Of a DNA stretch of 64,000 bases, positions 1 through 10,799 are shown one piece after another. The notes under the pieces were generated by a model. That model made no database searches. It saw only the letters and a list, made by a program, of their open reading frames with translations, and was not told the DNA's origin. Both the position numbers and the translations under genes were made by a program. This DNA is from Malacoraja senta. Its lineage: Eukaryota. Numbering within the stretch: the stretch's first letter is position 1; the number at the start of each line of letters is the position of its first letter. The DNA is taken from contig CM075977.1 of NCBI GenBank assembly GCA_038087875.1, positions 372,868,001 through 372,932,000 on the forward strand, given 5' to 3'.

Positions 1-182
1 CTAAGACCGCATGGGTTTTCTCCAGGTGCTCCTGTTTCCTCCCACATCGAAAGGTGTGCAGGATTGTAGGTTAATTGGCTTCTGTAAATTGTTCCTAGTA
101 TGTTGGATAGAACTAGTGTTTGGGTGATTGTTGGTTGATCGAAGTGTCTGTTTCCCACGCTGTATTTCTGAAACGAAACTAA
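1..182 (+). mobile_element. HE1-like V-SINE, 3' part
   Basis: Same core and tail as 21432-21741. Confidence 0.85.
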
Positions 183-703
183 GCTTGGGAACTTTAATCT
201 TTATCTTGGAGATAATTGAGCTGATGTAATGGACAAAAACAAAATAATGGTACACTCAGCAATCCAGACAGCATCTCCGGAGTGGAAAACAGCTTGATGA
301 CTGTCACCAGAATGCTGCTTGATCTGTGATCTGTGATCACAGATTTTCCAATATACATTCAGACAGAACATTGGTATGTCTGAGAAAATCCTTTATTTCC
401 TTTATAGCTTAATTTGGAAAACCATTCAAAGATGCTTCTATTTCTGAACAAGAATTAGCCAATGGCGATCTGTACTGTTTTTGCATTAATGGTGTTTGAG
501 AAATTGCTGACATGTGGTTTTAAAAATTGTTTGAAGCTTTAATTTTATTAATATAAATGAATTCAATGTGAGCTGTAGGTTTTTCTTTCTTTTTTTCAAC
601 TGCTGATTATCAATTTATAAATATGGCTTATACAAATAAACCTATTAAGTGGTTACTGGTATTGACATTTTCTTATGCAGGAAAGATTTTGTGAAGTTGG
701 AAA

Positions 704-1176
704 GCATGCAGGTGATCTTATAGAGGTGTATAAGATAGTGACGATAGACACAAAAAGCTGGAATAACTCAGCAGGACAGGCAGCATCTTTAGAGAAGAAT
801 GGGGTGATGTTTCGGGTCGAGACCCTTAAGATAGTGAGAGGAATAGATAAGGTAAATGCACATAGTCTTTTACCCAGAGTAGCGGAATCAAGAACAAGAG
901 GACAGAGGTTTAAGGTTAGAGGGACAGATTGGTACCTGAGGGCAATTTTTTTTCACACAAATGGTGGTGGGTATATGCAGTGAGCTACTGGAGGAGGTAG
1001 TTGAAGCAAGCACCATCACGATATTTAACAAACATGGACAGGTACAGGTGGAATTGATTTAGAGGAATATGGGCCAAACATAGCCAGATGGGACGAGTGT
1101 AGGTGTGGCATGTTGGACGGCATGGGCAAGTTGGACAGAAGGCCCTGTTTCCACGCTGTATGGCTCTATGGCTCTA
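704..1176 (+). mobile_element. CR1 LINE 3' fragment, interrupted by a Penelope-derived insert
   Basis: GDLIEVYKI...GIDKVN...ESRTRG.RFKVRG remnant plus 3' UTR and (CTCTATGG) tail. Confidence 0.9.
742..826 (-). mobile_element. Penelope-derived short element (single arm)
   Basis: Family consensus; 11-bp TSD TAAGATAGTGA (731-741, 827-837) inside a CR1. Confidence 0.85.
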
Positions 1177-1789
1177 AGGGTCCTGACCTGAAACACCTGC
1201 ACAGATGCTACCTGACCTACTGATTCCTCCCGCACTTTGTTGTCTGCTCTTTCTTTGCAATATTAGTCCAACTCTTACATAACCCCTGTATTAAATGTAA
1301 CAAACAAGCATGTTATTTCCTTCCATGGGCAAACTTCATCTTATATCACATGCATTCTAAATGTCTTCATGATATTTATTGCAAGATTGCAGAGTGATAT
1401 CTAAAGGGGCACAGGACATGGAAAGTTTATAATCCAATTAGAATCAAACTTTGATTTTTTTTTAAATGATCAGAATCTATTAATGCTTTTGTTAGAATAG
1501 CATCCATGTGGAAACTTTGATCGTATAATTTCTGTAAATTAGCTTTTTTGCATCAATTGTGATGAATGAACCCCAAAGCTGTAGATTTATTTTGTAGTGT
1601 TCTTTAACAAGATATGGGGATTTCTAGCAAAATTAATAATGTTGGCTATTCTTCATTGCCCTTGAGCTTGGTTATGAGGCACAATCTTGAGTTTCTTGAG
1701 TTTACCTGGTGACAGCACTCCCTATGGCCCACAATATTGATTTTGGCATTTGCTGCACCTGTTTGCCCGAGGATAGGTTTTCAGATGAA

Positions 1790-1915
1790 TCCCCTTTCAG
1801 ATGCTCTCATTTTGCTCCTACCATCAGGATGAAGGCACTGGTGCCTGAAAACCATAACCACTAGATTCAATAATAGGTTCTTCCCAACAACCATCAGCTC
1901 TTGAACACCACACAA
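1790..1915 (+). mobile_element. Rex1/Babar-like LINE ORF 3' remnant
   Basis: Degenerate ...LPSG*RH..LKT.TTRF.N.FFPTTI, typical of the Rex1-like C-terminus. Confidence 0.6.
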
Positions 1916-1987
1916 CATTAACCTCAGCTATTATGAACTTCCATGGACTGTGTCTTTGGATGCACACGGACTTTAATTTTACACTGT

Positions 1988-3017
1988 TAGTTGCAATGTT
2001 ACAAAATTTTGAGATTTTAAAATCAAGTCTGTAATTTATCCCATCAGATAAAGCATAAAAAGACGTTTAATTTGACACCTAATTCACTTTCATATCTTCA
2101 GTATTAAAAAAGTTATAGCCATTTTCATACTCGGAAATTAGCATCTTGTTCCCTATTGCTTTTCCATTGACTTAACACAAAAGCTGTGATCGAGGACAGT
2201 CAAAAGCCCATAACTTTCTTAAAAATTAAGAGAACTGAAAGAAATTTTCAGTTATTATAGATTGAAGCATTCTGAAACAAAATATGAAACAATCTTACTT
2301 AGATGACATGATATTAAAGCATATAATTAGTTAGTTACCTAATTGTAGCTAATTACAAAATTCAATTACTAGATCTAATCTATCAATCTATCTATTTTTA
2401 AATAGCCTAAGTGTCCAAATAACATTCACACAAGAATTCACAATATAACATAATTTTTTAATCTCATTCTCATGGATTTACAGGCCAAATGGAAGAAATT
2501 TAATGTTTAATACCTGTAAATTAATGGGCATTTAAATCACCTTGCGAGTGGGTTTTTCTGGAACGCAATCATTTGGAACGTTGATTTGCAGTGAATTTAA
2601 CTCCGTATCGGCATGAAAAATTCTGCCGTTAGTTCGGGGAAAAGAATCACCTTTTCGCATTAAAAAATGTGAATTAAAGGCCTCTTAAGAAGCACTTTTA
2701 TACATTAAAATAAACTGCTTTCATTTACCTGTCCCGTGCGTGAAATCCGTCCCCGTTGTCGGCGTTGACGGCTTTCGAAGCTGATTTTAAAATAATTCCA
2801 GCGCTGAACTTGTCGATCGAATAAAAATAAAAAATACACCAAACGCCCGTCGGAACGATTTTTCAGCAAAAGCTGGCACTCCAAGGAAATATAATACAGG
2901 GCAAGGTAGGAGAAACCCATGTTTTTAACCCCCCCCCCCCCCAAAGGCGCCAAAATCGTGCACACGGCAGTGGGCAGAATTGCAGCGCCACTGAAGGTAA
3001 GTATTGTAACATACCTA
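1988..3017. mobile_element. Non-autonomous DNA transposon (~1.03 kb), possibly Academ-like
   Basis: Short imperfect TIRs sharing ATGTTACAA (TAGTTGCAATGTTACAA ... TTGTAACATACCTA). Direct repeat ACTGTTAG at 1983-1990 and 3017-3024. No coding capacity; exact ends ambiguous by a few bp. Confidence 0.7.
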
Positions 3018-3499
3018 CTGTTAGTACCAGTATTAAGGTTATTGATATCATGATCAACAGCACTTTACTTTGGCAGCTGAAAATATAGTTAACGCTTCAC
3101 ACAGGACAACCAGGCTACACTTTGCACACAAGACCCAGTGGCTGATCCCACTAGCCCGTTCAGTACTGCTCTATTTTTAAGCCAAAACAACGTTCTGGAG
3201 GAATTCAGTGGGTCAGCCAGCAATTGTAGAGGGAATGAGCAAACGGCGTTTCAGTTTGGGGCCCTTCTTCAGTCTGAAGAAATGTCTCAACCCAATACAT
3301 CATCTGTCCATTCCTCCACAGGTGCCACCTGACCTGCTGAGTTCCTTCAGTACCTTATGTTGTGCTTAAGGTTCCAGGATCTTTAGTTCCGTGTGTGTCT
3401 GTTTTCTTAAATCATACTTCCCATTTGCCCTCAATTGAATTTAGTTATCACTTATCACCAATGGTGCATTGATGATAATATTAAATTTAAAGAATATAA

Positions 3500-3834
3500 A
3501 TAGAAACATAGAAACACAGAAAATAGGTGCAGGAGGAGGCCATTCAGCCCTTTGAGCCAGCACTGCCATTCATTGTGATCATGGCTGATCATCCCCAATC
3601 AATAACCCGTGCCTGCCTTCTCCCCATATCCCTTGATTCCACTAGCCCTAGAGCTCTATCTAACTCTCTCTTAAATCGATCCAGTGATTGGCCTCCACTG
3701 CCCTCTGTGGCAGGGAATTCCACAAATTCACAACTCTCTGGGTGAAAAAAGTTTCTTCTCATCTCAGTCTTAAATGGCCTCCCCTTTATTCTAAGACTGT
3801 GGTCCCTAGTTCTGGACTCGCCCAACATTGGGAA
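3500..3834 (-). mobile_element. CR1 LINE 3' fragment
   Basis: MLGESRTRDHSLRIKGRPFKTEMRRNFF; homologous to the 3' end of 59557-60960. Confidence 0.92.
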
Positions 3835-3927
3835 CTAAATCTATTAGTACCAACAGCTTAAGATATATCAACATTAACTACAACGTGGATTTAAAATTTG
3901 AATGGAATCTGGGAGGCTCATAGTTAC

Positions 3928-4149
3928 AAAATGCTGGAGTAACTCAGCGGGACAGGCAGCATCTCTGGAGAGAAGGAATGGGTGACGTTTTGGGTTGAGA
4001 CCCTTCTTCAGACTTCAGATCAGTCTGAAGAAGGGTGACCCAAAACGTCACCCATTCCTTCTCTCCAGGGATGCTGCCTATCCCGCTGAGTTACTCCAGC
4101 ATTTTGACTATCTTCGGTTTAAATCAGCACCTGCATTACCTTTCTACAC
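3928..4149 (+). mobile_element. Penelope-derived hairpin element with hammerhead-like core
   Basis: About 90-bp inverted arms; flanking direct repeat AGGCTCATAGTTAC (3914-3927, 4150-4163). Confidence 0.88.
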
Positions 4150-4693
4150 AGGCTCATAGTTACCTGTACAAAAAAGCTAAATGTTTGGAGTTTCACAGTG
4201 AGATGTAGTTATTTATGTAGCATCAACATCCATATGAATTGTAGCTGGTTCATATCACTCACATTGCATTCCTCTTTGATAGATCATGAGGAATTTTTCT
4301 TCAATCTTAGTTTTTCTCTTCCTTCTGGTTCGAGTGGGAAAGTTTATACTTTTCTACTTAAACAGAAATTTGACCGTCTCACATAAAACAACTAACCAAA
4401 TAGTTGCTGCTATTCGTACATTAATGTTTGAGAAATTAACATAAAGAAAATGTGGTCAGCCCATGAAACACTGTTTTTTCCAAGTCATTTGTTCTGTTCC
4501 ATAAACCTGATTAATCTTAGGATAGATCCTGCAAAGTGTCCTCCCAGTCTTCAGTGATAGATTAAGAAAACCGTAGGATGTCTTTCTATTCATACATCCT
4601 ACCTTATAAATTCTCCAGCTACTATTTTCCTTGGCATAATGTTCAAAGATAAACTATTCAATTATCTCTGTCTTTAACTAAGACAGCCGAGCT

Positions 4694-4719
4694 CTGTGTG
4701 TGTGTGTGTGTGTGTGTGT
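4694..4719 (+). repeat. (TG)n microsatellite
   Basis: Pure TG run followed by (TCCG)n. Confidence 0.95.
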
Positions 4720-4961
4720 ATCCGTCCGTCCGTCACCCTAATATTGATGATTTGGGTTTCAAATTGGAATAAGTAGAGACAGCTATGAAAACTTCATGCA
4801 CTGTTACAATTATCTTGAATCCCTTCAAAACCTTGAATCATATTCAGCTCCATTTGATGACAGCTGATCTACTTGGATGCTTGCTCAAGAGAGTGCTTCT
4901 TCTCATACCAATCTCATTTACAGTTGCTTATTCTTGAAGTTCAAGGAAAATCAACAATGTA

Positions 4962-5106
4962 ATATAATTGGAGGAACAGCATCTCGTAGTTCGCTTGGGC
5001 AGCTTTCAGCCAATGGTATCACTCTTGATTTCACTCACTTCAAGTTGCCGCTGTATTCCCTCTCTCTCTATCCCTCGCCACCCAAGTGGCACTAGCTTCT
5101 CATTTC
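4962..5106 (+). mobile_element. Penelope-like element ORF C-terminal remnant (end of GIY-YIG domain)
   Basis: LEEQHLVVRLGS then, after a frameshift, NGITLDFTHFK, followed by a pyrimidine-rich UTR. Confidence 0.75.
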
Positions 5107-6310
5107 CCGGTTCTGGTTGCATCAGTATTTCATCATGACATCCTTGTTCTTGTATACTGTGCCTCAACTTATTAAGCCCAGAACACTGTTTTTTTTAAAT
5201 CACTTTCTGAACCTGTCTTGCCGCCTTCAATGAGTGTTCTGCATATCTTGCTCAGATCTCTTTATTCTTGAACTCCTTTTTAAAGTAAGTTCCTCCCATT
5301 TATTTCTCCATTCTGGTGACAAGAATGAGAAGATTTGGTTTCTTTAATGTTCCTGAACTCTAAACATTCTGTATTTGATCATTCAAGAACATCCCTTCTC
5401 TCCAAAACTGCAATAGAGATAGTTCTTCTATGATCCAATAGTTGTGTTCCTAAGAAACCTAGAGTTATAGAAAATCGCATTGTTAAAACCAATTGTGTCA
5501 ATGGGGAAAGGGGGCTTAGAGGCTAGAGTTTCAAACTTACAATAATAACATTGTTTTTCCTGCAAGATTTTCAAAAACAAAGGTCTTTCTTTGTCACTGC
5601 CAGCTTAAAATACTGAAGGCTGTATGTTACATTGTTTAGTAGTGTACCATTGCACAAGTATCAATAGAAAGCGATTGATTCCAATTTCAATGGTCTCCTG
5701 CGGTGATACTATGTTCTTAAGTGACAATATTTACATGAAAACAGTTCCTTTTTGTTCATAAATATTTTCTTTTACCCAAGCCAACTTTTTCCTATTCATC
5801 AATTTCCTGAGTAACTTTTAATAGTTCTCTATTTCCCGATTGAAATCATGTTGCAACAGTCAGCTTGCATTATACAAATAGCGTTATTCATCAATTCATC
5901 TAATTACAGTTATGGAAACACACAATATAGTAAAACGACCTGTACCATGCTTCATAATGCTATTCATTCTCTTTTCTTTCCCTCTCTGCCTTTCCTGAAA
6001 ACGTTAACTCCAGGAATTTTTATCGAACCCATTTCTGCCTTTTCTTCAGCCGTCTTTGTTATGCCATGGTTTAGTAATTTTTCTTGGTGATATGTATCTG
6101 TACTTCAAAATATATTTTATAAAAGTTCCTCTTGCATTTACATGCATGCACTGTAAGAGTATCTTACAGTATTCTCTCTTACTCTAGTTCTGTCTCACTA
6201 CTTCCTATTCCTTGTTTTAATGCTTAATTTTTTCTCTGATAGTTTTTGTATCTACTCTCTCATTTTAAGTGCTTCCTTCTGAGCCTAATCCCAGCTTGAT
6301 GCAATACAAT

Positions 6311-8255
6311 GACATAGCTAGTAGAACTGCTTTCTGACAGCTCAAGTGGTCCTTGTTCAAACTTCCATTGCCCTCCATAATGTTTGGGACAAAGACCCAT
6401 CATTTATTTATTTGCCTCTGTATTCCGCAATTTGAGATTTGTAATAGAAAAAATCACATGTGATTAAAGTGCACATTGTCAGATTTTAATAAAAGGCCAC
6501 TTTTATACATTTTGGTTTCACCATGTAAAAATTACAGCAGTGTTTATACATAGTCCCCCCCCCCCCCCCCCCCCCCCCCCAATTTCAGGGCACCAGGATG
6601 TTTGGGACACAGCAATGTCATGTAAATGAAAGTAGTCATATTTAGTATTTTGTTGCATATCCTTTGCATGCAATGACTGCTTAAAGTCTGCAATTCATGG
6701 ACATCACCAGTTGCTGGGTGACTTCTCTGGAGATGCTCTGCCAGCCTGTATTGCAGCCATCTTTGCCTTATGCTTGTTTTGGGGGATAGTACCCTTCAGT
6801 TTTCTCTTCAGCATATAAAAGGCATGCTCAATTGGATTCAGATCAGGTGATTGACTTGGCCACTCAAGAATTTACCATTTTAACATTGAAAAACTCCGTT
6901 GTTTCTTTAGCAGTATGTTTGGGATCATTGTCTTGCTGTAGAATGAACCACTGGCCAATGAGTTTTGAGGTATTTGTTTGATATTGAGCAGATAGGATGT
7001 GTCTATACACAATGAATTATGCTACTACCATCAGCAGTTCTTTCATTAATGAAGATAGGTGAGCCAGTACCTTCAGCAGCCATACCTGCCCAGGCCATAA
7101 CATCCCCACCACGGTGTTTCACAGATGTAGTGGTATGCTTTGGATCTTGTGCAGTTCCTTCTCTCCTCCATACTTTTCTCTTGCCATCACTCTGATATAA
7201 GTTAATCTTCATCTCCTCTATCTACAAGATCTTTTTCCAGAACTGTGTTTGCTCTTTTATGTACTTCTTGGCAAACTGTAACCTGGCCATCCTATTTTGC
7301 AGCTAACCAGTGGTTTGCATCTTGCAGTGTAGCCTCTGTATTTCTGTTCATTAAGTCTTCTGCAGACAGTGATCATTGATAAATCCACACCTGACTCCTG
7401 AAGAGTGTTTCTGATCTGTCGGACAGGTGTTTGGGGATTTTTTATTTATTATGGAGAGAATTCTTCTGTCATCAGCTGTGGAGGTCTTCCAAGGCCTGCC
7501 AGTCCCTTTGCAAATAGTAAGCTCACCAGTGCTCTCTTTCTTCTTAATGATGTTCCAAACAGTTGATTTTGGTAAGCCTAAGGTTTGACTGATGTATCTA
7601 ACAGTTTTATTCTTGTTTCTCAGTCTCTTAATGGCTTCTTTGACTTTTATTGGCACAACTTTGGTCCTCATGTTGATAAACAGCAATAAAAGTTTCCAAA
7701 GGTGATGGAAAGACTGGAGGAAAGACTAGGTGCTGAGAGCTCTCTTATACCTGCATTAAGGAGGCATTTAAACACACCTGGTCAATTACAATGGGGGGGG
7801 GGGGGGACCATGTATAAACACAGCTGAAATTTCCACATAGTGAAACCAAAGTGTATAAAAATGGCCTTTAATAAAATCTGACAATGTGCACTTTAACCAC
7901 CGGTGATTTTTTCTATTACAAGTCTCAAATTGTAGAGTACAGAGGCAAATAAATAAATGATGGGTCTGTCCCAAACATTATGGAGGGCACTGTAACACCA
8001 TCAGGTCGGGATTGCACATTCACAGTTTTGTTTCCGGCCGTTGCTCTGGTTTCATCCACATCCCGAAGGTGTGCAGATTGGTGGCTTGATTGCCCATTGT
8101 AAATTGTCCCATGTATGTAGCTGATTGGTAAAATCTGAAGGGAGATGGCAAGAATGTGGGAATACAATTAGATTAAGGGAGGATTAGTGTAAATGGATGC
8201 TTGGCGGCTGACTCGGACTCATTGGGGTTGGGGTTGTTTCCATTCTGTGTGACTG
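6311..8255 (+). mobile_element. Old V-SINE split by Tc1 copy 1 (head 6311-6365, body ~7995-8255)
   Basis: Degenerate tRNA-like head left of the Tc1; V-domain (GCTCTGGTTTCATCCACATCCCGAAG) and TGTAAATTGTCCC to its right. Confidence 0.6.
6366..7992 (-). mobile_element. Tc1-family DNA transposon (IR/DR type, DD34E), degenerate copy 1
   Basis: About 200-bp TIRs (CAGTGCCCTCCATAATGTTTGGGAC..., mutated to CATTG at 6366), TA at 7993-7994. Frameshifted transposase 7671->6642 with MRTKVVP...LGLPKSTVWNIIKK (HTH), GRP and SVKHRGGDVMAW. Confidence 0.95.
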
Positions 8256-9327
8256 CCTAAGTTAGTTCAACCTTCACACCAATTCACAATTATGATGCTT
8301 GATGAAAACATTAGAAAAACTCATATATATTTTATTTCCTACATGAATTTACCTTCACTGATTTTCTGATCCCAAAGAGTAGATTATTGGCTATAACATT
8401 GTAATTCTGTCGCTTTCCGCACTCTATACATGTGATTATGGGATCATTATTCGAGTTCACATTTTTCTCGTGATTTTCCAAACCAGAAATTATCCACGAT
8501 ATATGTAGGCATAATTTTCTTTGCATATGTAGTGCGTTCATGACAAATGCTGTGATTAAACTGATGTTAAAACTGTGCGTGCATCTGTGTGTAGCGTGCG
8601 TGTGTCTGTGGGTGGATGCAGCCATTTGTAGTGTGTGTTTAAACATGCGCATATCTAAAATCATCTGCACTTAATTCAAAGTTGTACAATTGAATTTTCA
8701 TGAATAGTCAGCATTGAGGAATAAAAACTAAAATTGCTTCTATGTGGTTTCTATCACATCTTTGAAATGGTCCTCCATGATTTATTACGGTAAATTGAAT
8801 TAGCTATTTCTGTGTAAACAAATGCAGCATTAATTTTGCATATTGAAATATCCCAGGTACTATATTAGTATTAGATGTTTTTCATGTTGTTGGTTCAGAG
8901 ATGAACAGTTGGAGCTGTTGGTTATCATATGCTGTCAAATTATCTTGACATAATAAAGATGGGGTCTCAAATTAATGTAATCCAAAAGCAAACACCTTGA
9001 ATCGGACAACACTCATTCAATGCTGCACCAGAAGGCAAACATAGACATTGATTATGTACTCCACTGCTAGAGTTAGTTTTACGCATGTTCATGTATTGGA
9101 CCAAGATGTTACCAACTGAACTGAAACTAATAAGTCGGGTTTCAGATACCAAAATGATTTTCTCAGATTGGTTGTTGCATGTTGTTTATAGTTTGTGTAT
9201 ATGGGTTTTTTAGGAGTTTTGTTTTAACATCAGTTTAATCACAGCATTTAACATCGATGAGCATTGATTGCTCCTTCGGAAATAATTCCACACAGCTATG
9301 ATATTTACTCCTATCTTTCTCAAGTAT

Positions 9328-9374
9328 GGGAATAGTATCTGAAGAAGGGTCCTGCCCTGAAACGTCATCTATCC
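9328..9374 (+). ncRNA. Minimal type I hammerhead ribozyme motif (Penelope-associated)
   Basis: CUGAAGA-AGGGU(CCU)GCCCU-GAAAC-GUC at 9339-9366: all conserved core nucleotides, paired helix II, palindromic ACGU helix III and a bulged helix I from the flanks. Activity unknown. Confidence 0.55.
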
Positions 9375-10785
9375 ATGTTCTCCAGAGATGCTGCCTGATG
9401 TGCTGAGTTACTCCAGCACTTTGTGTTATTTTTAATGGTGATGGCTTGGTCATCTGTCACTGAAAATACAACAATGATTGTTGATCAAGTGGGTGAGGGT
9501 GAGGGTGGGTGATGGTGGATGAACTCCTTCTTCCCATCTTCACTGAGATTAACTAACTCCACAAAGAATCCTGGTTGAATTTTGGGCCTCTGTGATTTAT
9601 GTGGATCAGAGACATGCTAGAGTGAAGGATTTGATTGATCTTCAGTTAGCGAACCTGTTCCATGTGTTTACTCGACTCGCTGACGGGGAGTGTAGAATTC
9701 CCTCGTTTCTCTGACTTCAGCATAGGACCTCATAATATTGTGCTTGCATCCTGTATTCTTTGTTTACTTTCTTAATACCCTGCTTGCTTCTGTGCATTCC
9801 AATATTTTAAAGTAACTAGATCCCAAAACGTCACCCATTCCTTCTCTCCAGAGATGCTGTCGGTCCCGCTGAGTTACTCCAGCATTTTGTGTCTACCATC
9901 GATTTAAACCAGCATCTGCAGTTCTTTCCTACACATAGATCATGTCCCCTCTTGGCCGAGTGTATTTTCTACCTTCAGTTCCCATGTGCTGTAATCATTC
10001 TTCTTGAATTTTTAAGAACATTAAAGAGGGATGCCAGAATTGCACATAATGCTTAAAATGTTTCCTCATGACTTTATTCACATATAATTCCAAAAGATGC
10101 CTGCATTAATGACAATTGTCTAAAGCAGTTTTAAGAAACGTCCATATTTAGCTGTCACATTAGTGACTACTGAAATTAATGTACAGATGTAAGAATAGAA
10201 AATATTCCACTTGCTATCCTTTTTGGTTGATTCCAAACACCACTGCAATATTGACATGATTGTTTTTAATCCTCAAAGGCTGTCTTACAGGTGGTACTGT
10301 TTCTGATAGTAAAAACAGATCATAAAGATTGCTTCAATGAAACTGGTAGTTTTTTTAAATATTTGTTTCATGTGGAATTTACATCAGAGTATTGGAATGT
10401 AGGAATGAATAAAGATCTTTTATCTATGGAGTTGATTCTGCTTGATACACATATGAAAACTGTTGAGACAATTAAATAGAGAAAAAAAAACATTTGTAGG
10501 ACAGGGCCTATGGAGAAATCACCTGTGATTAGTGCATTTTCTTAAAATCAGAATTAATTTTATCTCTGCTCCCCAGTGCAAATTTTTCTTGATGTGTTCA
10601 GAGTCTGCACTTTGCTCCTTAATTTGTGCTTTATTCCAACCTCCCCTGTACTCCATATTGATTAATTGATGTGAAACAATGTGGGTCGAATTTTTGAATG
10701 GGTTGTGTACTTCGTAGTTGTTTTTAAAAAATTTTGGATTTTTTAGTTGGAAGTTAATAGATATGAAAGTTTGTCAGTCGACATT

Positions 10786-10799
10786 CTGCCATCTAGAGG
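10786..10799 (-). promoter_or_regulatory. Candidate CTCF motif
   Basis: CCTCTAGATGGCAG on the minus strand, a close match to CCASYAGRKGGCRS, in unique sequence. Confidence 0.4.

Noticed and set aside
10291-10345. AG...GT-bounded 55-nt segment as an exon
   Set aside because: Not a multiple of three, weak donor, no TCF4 similarity.
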